From Pseudovirgaria hyperparasitica (taxonomy: Eukaryota), in the NCBI GenBank assembly GCA_010093815.1, contig ML996573.1: a stretch of 64,000 bases of DNA, one strand, 5' to 3'. How positions within the stretch are numbered: the first letter of the stretch is position 1; each line of letters begins with the position of its first letter. This document shows positions 52,209-64,000 of the stretch, piece after piece. The position numbers and the translations under genes were made by a program. Below the pieces are notes generated by a model. That model had not been told where the DNA came from. It did not search any database and saw only the letters and a list, made by a program, of their open reading frames with translations.

Positions 52209-54666
52209 ATGCTTCAGCACTTCCCGTCGACGTACTCGGGGCAGCAACATCACCCTCATCCTCATCAACATCATCACCACCGTCACCATACACAGCAGCA
52301 TTCACAGCACCAGCATTACTCGGAAGCAGCGCTGGCATCCTCGTTGTATGGGACAAGTCCAACGGGGTCAGTGCAGCAGAATAATAGCAGAGGAGGAGGA
52401 GGAGGATTAGCGTTTCGGGGGGCCACCACCACTAATCCCGCAGAGCTTCCCGGCGCGTCTCATGCCCATTCAGCGGCAGCTTTAGGCGCCCGCACTCACG
52501 GTCAAACCGCCCAAACCGCCCAAACTCTGCCTCACTCGCTGCCCCATCATCACCAGCAGCAGCAGCACCAACAGCACCAGCAGCAACAGCCCCCGCAGCA
52601 GCACCACCACCACTACGGGCAGCAACAGCAGCAACAGCAGCAGCACCACCACCACCACCTCAACACCACCGCCCTCCTCCCTCATCATCTTCAGCATCCC
52701 GCCCCACCCTCCTCCCTCTCTCTCCCCTCTTCTTCCGCCCTCGTCCCCCACTTCAACTCTCAATCCCACCAGCTCCTCCATCTTCATCACCAGCACCACC
52801 ACAACAACAACCTCGACCACAGCCGCTCTCTCTCACATGCTGTTGACACCATGGCCGACGACCAGCAGCAGCAGCAGCAGTACTCTGAGCAGGATCTTGC
52901 CAATCTTCAGAAGCTCTCTGCTCAGTATGAGCCTGAGATCACGGTGCGTTCTGCTTCTTCCACGTCCTAACCCTTCATCGCTACCATGCCACCATCGTCG
53001 TTGAAGCTGACTTTCTACCTTTGTAGGGGCCAATGGTGAGCAAGAGACTGTCCACCACGTCCATCACCTCCGAATATGCCAATGCAGACCCTGTCTATCA
53101 GACAAAGACTGCTGTAAGTTGCGTTGTTTGCCTCGTCTACGTCAAGCGTGGAGTTACTGCCCCAAGCTTCTTCACTCTCGACCTGTTGCCAATACGATCC
53201 GTCAACTAACAAATCCCTAGGCTCTTCCGCAGAAGTTTCACGAGTATCGGACTGTTCGTGGCGATGGTCACTGTGGCTGGAGAGGTAATCACTTCCTGAC
53301 CAATGCTGCTGCTGCAGTCTCGTGAACATGGGCTGATCATCCTGCTTACAGCCGTGGCCTTCACCTACTTCGAGACCCTCCAACGCCTTGGAGACTTGGG
53401 CAAGTTTGATGAGGAACTCGCAAGAATAAGCTCCATGCGCAACCTGCTCGAGCATTCTGGCTACGATAGGTATATGTGGGAGGACTTTGAGGCAGAGACA
53501 CTTGAATGCCTCCAACGCACACGTGATGCCGTCTCCACCAATGACGATGGACTTGCTCTCTTGAATACCTTCAACGATGAAAGCATGTCCATGAGCATCA
53601 TCACACATCTCAAGGTACCTTTCCTTCTCCGCCACTTGTGCACACATCCTGCAAAAATTCAGCCTCTGACTCGCCCTAGCTTCTCGCAAGTTCGTGGATG
53701 AAGACGCATGTTGCTGACTTCGAGCCTTATCTGGACAACATGACAGTTCCAGAATACTGTTCAAATCATCTCGACCCAGTTCAGAGCGAAATGGACGATA
53801 TGAGCCTCAATGCTCTCTACTCCATCCTGGTCAAGCCTGCTGGTATTAACTTGGAGGTCATGTACCTTGATCGCTCCATTGGCTCAGAGATCAACACACA
53901 TCGCTTCGAGGTCGACGGCGACGTTAGCGGTCCCGTGATACACCTCTTATACAGACCGTAAGTTTTTCGCGCATCCATTGTTCGATATAGAACTACGCTG
54001 AATAGACCTAGTGGTCACTACGATATTCTATATAGAATTCCTCCTCAGCATGGAGTTTCTCAGGCGCCGCTTGTGCCTCAGTCAGACGTCTACGTTGGCT
54101 TGATGAGTCGGCATGATCAGTTCATCCCCAGACACCAAGGTGGGCCCGATGTGCTCACATTACTTCCTGGCATGAGTGGACCGAGCTATATGCAAGGCGG
54201 ATGTTGGGGCCAGAATGTCGATTTCACACCATCTCCAGTGTCTGCAATTCCCGGTAGCTATATGCAGCCATTGCCATCATACAATGCTCCACCTCCAACC
54301 CCCTCGACGCCATCTGTTCCACATGCACAAGACTATGCATTGCCACCGATATCTGCGGCTGGTCTTCAATCTTCCATGGAGCTCCCCTTGAGAGGCAACA
54401 TGAGTAATGGGGGTCCGTTTCGTCCGTCGATGTACACCTTCGATGGCATGTTTGGAGGCATGCCACCGCCAACATCAACATGTCAGACCTCCATATTTCG
54501 CAAGTAAGTAACCCTCGTTTGTTCTCTCTGTCCATCAAGGCTTATATCGACCAGCTCACACTTCAACACTGCGCATTACCTGAATCCAGAATTTGAGCCA
54601 GAGCAATGGGATCCTTCTCAAGAATATGCTACAACCAACAGCCATCGAGTCAAGCAAAAGCCATAG
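52209..54666 (+). CDS. Otubain-family (peptidase C65) deubiquitinase; His/Gln-rich N-terminus if the upstream ATG is used (alternative start 52851)
   Basis: RTVRGDGHCGWR|AVAFTYFE (catalytic Cys) and HLLYRP|GHYDILY (catalytic His). Last exon SHFNTAHYLNPEFEPEQW...TAG 54664-54666. Confidence 0.88.
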
Positions 54667-56283
54667 CACATGGTGTGAATATCTTGGTCTTGCCATTTCA
54701 CGCTAGAGCCAACAACATACACCCTCTGTTTGAGCAGCACGTTCTCGCCTATTCTCAACAGGTTTCGGTCCACATTGATTCAAAGAACTCACACAAAGTC
54801 GGATACACGACCTCACAATCTCTTTCCACATCATTAACCTATCAACATCATTAGCGGCATGTTATCTCGCTTCTGGAATCGCCTGTCAGTCCCCTCAAAT
54901 GCCTCAGCTCATGAGAGCGGCGATCAATCCACTATCACCTCGGTTCCCCTGTCACGACGTCACGACCCTACAGAAGACTTATTTGCCTCAAGGTACCCTA
55001 GCATCGACATCAATTACCTATTCATCACTCTATCGAATGCTACTAAAGCCGGTAATATCACGCCTCACACTTCATCATGCCTTATCGCCCATATCGGTCA
55101 TCACATTTTGCGGTACCTTCAGCCGTCCCGTTCCGTCCCGTTCCTGGACAAACACATCAGCTCAAATGCGCTCTTAACATTTTCTTTGATCTTCTTTCAC
55201 TTTTACATCTGCATTTTAGCGCGACGGAGCTCTGGCGCTGCGTTTTTCAAGGCAGTTTTTTTTAATCGAAAACATCGCATTCCGACCTCCAAACTGCTCC
55301 TTTGTCTCATGGCAATAGACACTGGATTTGTGTTTTCGCCCTTCGTGCTCTTCCGGGCCTGTCTATTCCGGCTTTGGCCCTCTCAGGTCCTAAAATATGG
55401 GTATTCGGTGCGCAGAGCGGTATGCGAGGAGTGTGAGTGGAGTGTATGAATGGAATCGCGTGAATGTGGAGGGAACATGTATGAGGGGCCACGCAAAGCC
55501 TCGGTTTCGGTTCTTATGTGGTAGCACCACTAATTGGATATGCAATGATATATCCCTGGCGACACCTCGCTCTGCTGCTTGATGTCATGCGTGCTCTAGT
55601 GAGGGTGTATGGGACGGAGATGTTGACGCAGAACGCCGCAGATCTTACTCAAACACGTGTTTCGCTCAATCGCTATTGTCTCAATCAGCCCCCTCCGGCG
55701 ACATCGGTCATCTACGAGTTGATGACACAATCTTGGTCAAATACTGGACTTGATTTTGCCATGCAAGGGATACCACCTCGCCCTCCTGACGTCCAAGCTG
55801 ACATAAATACGTGCACAAGTGTCGAAAAGACAATTTATATCTTGCAAGATGGCAGTCGGGGCTCGCAGAGTTGGTTTATGTGACTCAGAAGAGCACTATT
55901 ACATATCGGACTGCTATAGTCAAAATCAGAACTCGGAGCACTCGTGTGTCCACGAAGTCTTCAAAAATAGCACGGCTGTTTCCTAGGTCTGTAACGAATA
56001 TAATTGCGATTAAATAGATACTAACGAAAGAATATATATAAGTAGAGAGTGTGGGTGCTTTAAAACAGTGAAGGATCTTCCGTTGCATCGAAACCTAGGT
56101 CTCAATGCAGTGAGAGAATCATCCACGTTGCCAGCTTTACAGTGTTTCCAAAGTCTTCTTGGGTCATTCCCCGTCACACTTCACATTCCTTGTTCCGGCG
56201 TAGCGTCCTATCTCAGTAGCGATGATGGTGCGAGTAGTCCGGGGTTGGTTTGTCTGGAATGGGGAGTTTTAGATGGCAGGCTT

Positions 56284-56952
56284 CTAAACCGCCTTGAGCG
56301 AATAGGAAAAGAAAGACTGAGGCAAGTGCTCCTGCCTCCCACCGGCACTGTAGTAGGTAGCAAAGCTGCTGGTCCCATGGTTCTCCAGCCGGGCAGCATT
56401 CGAAGCAAACTCCTCGGCCCACGTCAGCGTCAGGGACATCTTCTGGTTCGTTCTGCCGATCACGGCGTCAAACGTGGCCGTGACAATGCCGTCGACCTTG
56501 TTGACCCACGAATGGTCGATCTTGAACGGCCCAAACGAGAACGAGCCGTCGCCCTGGACGAGGTTGCCGTTGAGGTGCCCGGTCGCGCCACCGTCGTCGG
56601 TGATGTAGTGGTAGCTGATGTCCCAGACCCAGGTCGTGCCGGCGGCGATGCCGTGCAGCGCTTGCTTGAGAGCGAGCTGGATAGTCCGCTTCTGGTACGG
56701 AGAGCTGATGAGGCTGCGCTTAGCCAGTGCGGTCGTGTTCTTCTCGTCGAGCTCCAAAGCGGGGATTACTGCCGCCATTGAAGAGACTTCGAGACCTTTC
56801 TCCAGTCCGGTGGTGATGGCAGGGGCCTCGGCTTCTGGCAGTGAGTTTGGTGCATTGTCGAGCGGCTGGATGGCTGCTGCGTCGAGGGCGGCGTATGGAG
56901 CGGCTTCGGCGGCGCAAGCCAAAGCGACGACAAAGAGTGAGGAGATGCGCAT
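56284..56952 (-). CDS. Secreted pre-pro-protein of unknown function, 222 aa, effector-like
   Basis: Intronless GC-rich ORF. Signal peptide MRISSLFVVALACAAEA/AP, acidic Ala/Pro-rich pro-region, LAKR at 76-79 and a second KR at 88-89; Cys-free mature domain. Confidence 0.85.
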   Translation of the reverse strand: MRISSLFVVALACAAEAAPYAALDAAAIQPLDNAPNSLPEAEAPAITTGLEKGLEVSSMAAVIPALELDEKNTTALAKRSLISSPYQKRTIQLALKQALHGIAAGTTWVWDISYHYITDDGGATGHLNGNLVQGDGSFSFGPFKIDHSWVNKVDGIVTATFDAVIGRTNQKMSLTLTWAEEFASNAARLENHGTSSFATYYSAGGRQEHLPQSFFSYSLKAV

Positions 56953-59275
56953 TTTGAAAAGTAGGTAATGAATGTATGAACTTTATCAGATATGAGATAG
57001 GTGTAGAGAATGTTTATCGAGTACGATTTGGAGAATAAGAAAATACTCTACGGGGAATGAAGTCTTATATGTCTTTCATCAGAAACGTGCAAAGACCTAC
57101 CTGGGTCAGCTTAATTGACCAATGTTTTCCTATACGACCTTTTTACGACGGGTTTCCCAGTTTCTCTCACAATGTCACGCCGTATCCAATCTCCCTTGAA
57201 ACGTCCTTGATTCTAGGATTCTCTGTCTCTCTCTCTTTCTGTCTCTTCTAGAAATTTTGTTTCTTTTTTTTATGTGGAGTTACGGCGCCGCTAGACAGCA
57301 AGAGGAAGCCGAAGTAAACCTAACCACCCGATCCGGATCAATGGAGTAACTCCGAGAACTTGACTCTTGCCGGCCAGCCGGGTACGAGGGACACCTACCA
57401 AAGTTTGCTGTTCTACGCAGTGTTCCAGGGTGTCATGTTGGCTTGGTGAGCTGTTGGAAGATAGTGGGATAAATCACTTGCGTATTTTTAGTATAGTTAG
57501 AACCTATCAGCCTACTTGAACACGCAATGAATGTCGAAAATATGAAAGTGTTCTCTCCTCTTAGAACACAGCGTAGATCCCCGACAGATTCTTTAGTGAC
57601 TCGTTGTCGTCCATGCAAATGCTAGCATGTAAGTGCTCACGAAGACTATCATATGCCCCCTTACGTACAACGTTGATATAACCTCAAGAAGCTACCACCA
57701 TCCGCTCGACTGCCTCCAACCAGCATGCTGTAATCCGAAGGCCGCAGCAACAAAGCTGCTCCTATACCATAAAGTTAATCCCTCTACCCACAATAGACGC
57801 TTCAAGAATGCCCTAGATGACTGACACCCGTGCGGACCATCTCATAACCTTGACAAAAGAGCTGCAATTCAAATCGACATCGCACAGCTTACTCTTACAC
57901 CAATACGAGCATGTCGGTCCTTGCTTCCACCACCGCCGGTGATGCCAAATCCGGCAACTCTCTACCACACCTGTGCTGTGTTTGCTCTGCCCGGAGATTT
58001 GCTTGGCTTGAGCCTGGATGTCCAACCGACTCATCAGGCCTGAAATCTGGACAATGCGTCTCCGCCCCAATGTCTTTCTGTGAACGCCAAGCACAGGATG
58101 CAAGGATGTCTGACGATAGGTGTCGAGAAAGCTACAGTAAGTACTACGCTCTCCAGTGGAATAATGTCAAGTCACGAACTTAGTGTCTTACAAAAGCGGG
58201 GAGTTCCGTGCTTGGACTCCTTGACTACTTCTGGTGATCCGGTGGTTATCATGGATCCTTTGGTTTTACAAAGTGCTTGAAAGATTGGGTGCTGACATAT
58301 AGGGAAGGGTACACACCAGGACTGAGACATCCTACCAAGACTTTTAAGCAACCCTTCGAGTTTCGACGGACAACTGATCAAGGACGAAAGTGGCATTGAT
58401 GGACGCGTGGCGCGGTTCCAGTAGCATGAACATGCGTACACGTCTTCATATACTCAGACGGGAGATCTTGCGTATTATGGGTGGATTGTGCCGAATATCC
58501 TACCAGTCTTCTAGGGAAAACAGTCGGATCATTGACTGAGCCATTCTACAGACGGACCCTCCGCGATCCGCGTTCATCGAGACTCAAGCCCACGCTTCGA
58601 ACAGTCCACAGCTACATACGGGTACATCCTCCCTATCGAACTCTATCCTTGATAAGCGACTCTATTCTGGACCAAATATAAGCAACCTCGTCCGTCACGC
58701 TCACCTATGTATACCTCTATCAAACATGAATAAACTACCTGACTACATTCATCATATCTAAATGATGCCAAGTTGTAGTCTCAATATAACATCGGTTCGC
58801 ATGTTTGGAACATCACAACCTTGCTACCTCGACCCTGATCCACCATGCCAGTCCACTCCCTCCTCCACTGCCCATATCCAGGCCGTCGATGTCAGAGCCT
58901 GGCACAACACTGCTGGACGCTTTCCATCTCTACATGTAGTCTGATACCCGTCTGCACATTAAGCCATGATGGAACGAAGCTCTATATAGCAACCCTACAT
59001 GGGAATGTTTAACCAGACACAGATGAAAATTGAGACGTGTCAAAGACGACATCAACGTGGATGCGAATGTGCGGATGGACTTCAGACTTGACTTATGCTC
59101 GATCGATAGGAGACTATATCTGGTAAATTCTCCGAGACATCCCTTTGGACCTCTACTTAGCTGGAGATCAGAGTGCGTTATGACTGATATCCGCCTCCTG
59201 TCCTGAGAGCTTGGGCAGAGCTGAAGCCGGCCCTCGCATCGATGGGCACGAAATAATATCTACTCGAGATAAGGG

Positions 59276-62200
59276 TCAGACATGAGGTCGTGGCTGGAAC
59301 CAAATCGATCTATAATCGATCTGCGGATGTGCTTCCGCGTCCTTGATGATACTACTCAAATCCTCATCAGCCAGTTTCCTCTTCTGCAGCTCAATGCATC
59401 GGTGACGCATATCCTTTGTCTCCTTTGCCAAGACATGCTCTTTGACTGAGATGTCTTCGAAGCCGACCAATGCGTCGTCGCACGCAAGGACACTGTCCAT
59501 AAACTTCTGCTGATAGAAGTAGCATTTGGAGAGTTCGATGAGCGTTCCAAGACGGTCTGGGTGGTAGCTACGGATCCGGAGCGATGGGGTCTTCTTTTGA
59601 CGCATTGAGACATCGAGCAAGATGGCTTCGGCTTCTACGTAGCGATGCTGACGGATCATAAGCATGCCTAGAAATTGTCTTCCGAACAGTGTGCCGATGT
59701 GGTCTTTTGAGAGATTTCTCTCAGCCATATCGAGACCGGCTACGACGAGTGTCTCAGCGGCTTCATGATGTCCAATAGCACTGTGCGCCCGCGCAGTATG
59801 GACCATTGCTAGCAATGTGTAAGGATGCCCCCTGCCGTGCTTACTTGTTCGCTTCGCTAAGATTTGAAGCATGGTATCTAGGGATTCAGCGTAGTACTCT
59901 TGGCTGATTCGCAAGCCTATCTGGGCCCGGGTTTCTTGTGCAAACAAAAGATCGTCATCATCTTGCTCTATCTGACACGAGCTCTGCATACCGACTACGG
60001 CTTCTGTAGCCAACTCGTACGCTTGCTTTAGATCCTGATGGTCCCAGAAAGCTGATACGAAAAGAGCCAAATTATGTGTGGCTTTCAATGTGTCTTTGTG
60101 CCCTGGCTCCAGGTATTTTTTGAAACCCTTTACCACGTCCAGCTGCATAGTCTTGGCGTCTGTCATGAAACCTTGTTGCCAGAGTATTTTACTATAACTA
60201 TCCTTTGCTCGAAGCGTTTCTGGATGCCATGAACCGAAGGAGTGTAAGCAAGAATTCAGGACTGATTTCTGTAGCGTAGCAGCTTCTTTTGGGCGGTCTA
60301 GATGTCGGTACGTCTCAGAGAGCGCAAGGGATATTCGTCTCGTCTTCTCATGGTTTGGTCCTAGCAATTTAAGAGTGTAGTCCCTGACTTGAATTTGTAA
60401 GGAACGAGCGTCATCGTATCTCCCGCACGACATGTACACGAAACTGAACTTGGCCTTCATCAGTGATCGATGGGGACTCATGTTTATCTTTGATTGGAAC
60501 CATGATGACCATGTTCTTCCGCGAGATCGATTCCGCTCGAGGAACTCCTTGATTGCGATTTCGTAAGTCTTGAGACTGTCCAAATGTGGGAGCAACTCGC
60601 GAGCATAACGACTTTCAGTGCTGGTATTCTGCAGTGGTGGTAGAAGTATCGAGGCAGAAATCATCATTCCAGCGGCCTCACAGCGAAGCGCTTGCTCAGA
60701 GAATGTTTCAGCTCCTCGTTCGCGGGCCCATTCATGCACAACGGGGTGCATAGAATAGTTGTCGTTCACTTGGTCGTGGCATATAAGGGACATCTCGACA
60801 AGTTCCTTCAACGCTACACGTACACGAAGAATGAACTGATCCTTGTCCTCAGCATTGATTGCTTGTCTGATGACGGTTGGATATACGGGTGGATCTTGCG
60901 GCATGATAATGAAAAGGCGAACTATGTCTGCCATAGCTTTGATTCTTTCAACCATTGAGGTTTGGACCTGTGCTCCTTCTTTCTTCTGGTCAGCGGCCAT
61001 GCGAAGCTGTTGCTCAGCCTCGAATTTCGAGTTGTTCATCGCTCGTTTGAGGATGTCGAATCGAATGCTATCGCCGTGCAGAAAGGCAAAGGTATGAAGA
61101 AGCTCTATAGCGTCTCGCGCGGCTTCAGTCTGCTTTGACTCTATGTGGCGATAACATATATCTAAAGTCGTATAGACCTCCCAGAAGACCTCGTAGTTTC
61201 TTGCGGTATTCATGCTCTTAGTCGGTCGTCTTTTAAACTGCCAGTAATTTCTATGAAGGATGAGATAGTCTCGAAGCGTACAGATGCCACTGCTGATAGC
61301 TGCCCCAGCACCTCTGATTGCAAGAGCCAGATGCCCCAATGTCTTCGAAATGTTTGAGGCAAGAGAAAATGTGTCGACGTCCCAGGGTTCAGGCTGCTCA
61401 GCGGCTCGCAGCAGCAACTCTTTTGCCTCATCTATAGCCAGACCACCAAAGTCAAATGAGCGACTCCCAACGTTGCCGTGGACTTTAAACCGAGGATTCC
61501 GGGTAGTCACCAGTATGTGACCTCTATTTCCAGGGGGAAAATGATTCTCTAACGTCATCGACGGATCATCCGCATTATCAATGATGAGCAGCCAGGGGAA
61601 TTGTATGTTTACAAGCCAATAAATGGCGGCTTTCTCGTTTGGCTCAACTCCAGCTATGGTCGCAATCAACGAGTAACTTTGTTTGATGAGCTCCTCAGAC
61701 CTTGCATTAATGCAAAAGACGCCCCAAAATCTGACTTGTCAGTACGCATACCACAGCTGCAATGTAAACATACCTATCGCGATTCTGTTCAGCAAACTTT
61801 GAGCAAAACTGTGTCTTGCCGGAGCCTCCCATTCCATATATGACAAATCGTTTCTGTTGTGCCGTATATACCGTCGATCCGATAAAGGTACGTGACAGCT
61901 CATCCAATCTGTCTTTTCTGCCAGTGAAAATACTGCTTACGGGCTGTGGGACTCGGAAGTGCTGATTGACAAAGGTTGACGGCGGTGACTGAATCGGCTC
62001 TACTGTATCTCTTAGTAATTTCATCGTAAGTAGGTTGATGAGCTGGTGTTGTGAATCCTGGCCTGTGCCTTGTGGAAGTTTTTCGTGAGGGACAGATGTT
62101 TCCTCCAGTAATTTTCGAACGTCATGGGAAAGAGCTTGTAGAGTGTCATGGTTGGTATGGCCAATGTGTCTATCAATGTCAGATCATGGCGTTTGCGAGA

Positions 62201-62681
62201 TGGAAGAAGTGTTTTACGAGTTGATCATGTGAAAAGCCAAGCTAAGGAGTAGTTGATATCGATGCAATCTCTCTCGACATTGTCGAAGATCGGGATCTTT
62301 GGAGCGCTTGCGAACCGTCTTTTTGAGTGCGTCCAAAGAGTGTTTGACTGTTGGTCCGTCTTGACCAACGATGGTAGCAGCGTATTGTTCAAGCTCTACA
62401 AGTGTTGTCGTACAACAAACTAATGTCTCTCCAGCACGGGACCATAGATCTCGGAGTTGAGGGTTTTCATGGTCTGGTGAGCATAGAGCTCGTTGTCGAT
62501 CGAAGACTGATCTGATGGATTTACTGACATCGCCTAGTGTTTCTACTTCGGCCTGTAGAGTTATGAAGTCATTCTCAAGAGAGGCCACAGAATCTCGATA
62601 ATTTTACAAGAATATGACAAGGCGTACGGAGATGTCAATGAGTCCGCCAGCTCCAGCAATAATGGAGAAGGGGTCTGCCAT
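59276..62681 (-). pseudogene. Fungal NLR (HeLo-like/SesA-type N-terminus, NB-ARC, TPR), ~1104 codons, with an in-frame TAA at codon 26
   Basis: Exons 62681-62218, 62169-61774 and 61730-59276 splice in frame. N-terminus MADPFSIIAGAGGLIDISVRLVIFL*NYRD; FTGRKD, P-loop GMGGSGKT, WLLIIDNADD, ILVTTRN, LGHLALAI, MHPVVHEW; TPRs (LGPNHEKT, WHPETLRA, GHPYTLLAM). Stop at 62606-62604. Confidence 0.85.
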
Positions 62682-63489
62682 TGTTCAAAAGCCCGATGAA
62701 GGTGCCATTGATGTAGCGATGGTGAACGATGTTGCAGCAGATGACAAGGCTGCAATATCGATCCCACCTTGTGATTGTTCTCACTGATGTCTGGACGGGT
62801 CTGAAGGCTAGGCTATTCGAGTAAGCCATGGCAAAGCTGGATCTCATCAATGACAGCCAAGGCTGAGACTATGCCATGCTTTTTCATGGAGTGCACATAT
62901 GCAGTGCTGCGGCATATAGCTTGATGTGGCTCGTCAACCTATCACTTACCCATCATACATTTCAGCTGCAAATATGATGATGTGTGAGCGAGAACACAGC
63001 GTATCAAGGGCTTCAAAAAAGCCTGGTAGGCCCTTCGTCGTCCATTGGAATATGCTGTGTGACATTGGCGCATTGCAAGCATTAAAGCGATCTGAAAAGG
63101 AATATGAACACATAGATGCGCGTCTCAGGAAACATCCATGGATTCCTGCCGCTCTTGCCAAGGCCGGAGCCATCTCCGATATTCCCTTCACCACTAAGAT
63201 ACAAGACAATTCCGTCCCGATCATCAAGTCTTGCTTCGACGAACGCAATGCATTAAGCACCTGGGGCCTTGCTGGCCCTCCTCTCACTGGCTAGCTGCAG
63301 ATGGTGCCGCAATGTAGGCATACGTCTGTAATAAATGTAATGCTTTTGCACGATGGAGGATGCCACTGACCCGAGTTCGAAGTCCACAACTCGGCCCATC
63401 ATAATACAAAAATCTGCGGGGCTCCTGGCCGGTACGGATCACACCAGCTTTACTCTCGGCTGAATGTGCCAGACAAGACAGGTACCAAA

Positions 63490-64000
63490 ATGCCACGTTT
63501 GATACTGGCTCTATGCGCTATGCTGTCGCTGTTTGCCTACAAACTCTGGCTAAAACGCAAGAAAGAAAAGGTTGGTTTGGCTGACCAGGCCAAAATTTGG
63601 TGTCACGAGGCTGGTAGCTTGAAGCTTCAGACCTCGTTTACAGTGATCATAATAGCTGACAGTTGTCAAGATTCGCCAGCGTTTTTCAAGAGACAATGGC
63701 TGTCAGCCTCTCCGAGATTGGGATTCGCATTGGCCCCTGGGCCTTGACCTCTTACTTAAAGCCTTTCGATACGCTCGCTCACATCAAATCCTTCAGTTCT
63801 TCCTCTCCGTATTGAAGAAATCTGGAACTACATGTCAGCAGAGTTTGCTGGGAGCGACTGGCGTTTTGACCATAGATCCAGAGAATATTGAGGCTATTCT
63901 TTCTACAAAGTTTGAGGATTTCGGTATGGGACTGCGAGCACCGACGTTCTACCCACTGCTTGGTTCCGGTATTTTCACCCAGGACGGTGTAGAGTGGCAG
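63490..64000 (+). CDS. Cytochrome P450, CYP52-clan (alkane/fatty-acid hydroxylase-like); 5' part only
   Basis: Exon 1 63490-63570 (membrane anchor); intron 63571..63670; exon 2 NGCQP...WPLGLDLL...TIDPENIEAILSTKFEDFGMG...PLLGSGIFTQDGVEWQ. Only exon 1 appears in the ORF track. Confidence 0.9.

Noticed and set aside
54859..55449. 196-aa ORF downstream of otubain
   Set aside because: Composition resembles a 3'-UTR with T-rich tracts; no protein features.
56068..56781. 237-aa plus-strand ORF
   Set aside because: Antisense shadow of the GC-rich secreted-protein gene.
62553..62607. Intron that would remove the NLR stop codon
   Set aside because: It is 55 nt long, so splicing frameshifts into an immediate TAG. 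The segment also reads as part of the helical N-terminal domain.

Overview
Eukaryotic DNA from a filamentous ascomycete, with short GT-AG introns and CTRAC branch points. The gene order around MAT suggests a Dothideomycete (inference). Most of the window is a conserved core block around the mating-type locus: MET1 (partial), alpha-amylase, Git3/GprD-like GPCR, RIM2, CIA30, APC5, COX13, APN2, then the MAT1-1 idiomorph, then an NVJ2-like PH/SMP gene, aquaporin, PA-TM-RING E3, RPS9/RPL21, Mba1/mL45-like, EOS1-like, ADE1, CSN2 and otubain. The idiomorph contains an 18-bp minisatellite, an unrecognised spliced 471-aa gene and the alpha-box gene MAT1-1-1. I found no MAT1-2-1 HMG box. The last ~8 kb looks accessory. 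It holds an intronless secreted Kex2-pro-domain protein and a HeLo-like/NB-ARC/TPR NLR with a single in-frame TAA at codon 26, placed head-to-head with a CYP52-clan P450 that runs off the window. The best leads are the orphan MAT gene, the interrupted NLR with its P450 partner, and the effector-like secreted protein. All calls come from manual reading and motif recognition; no database searches were run.
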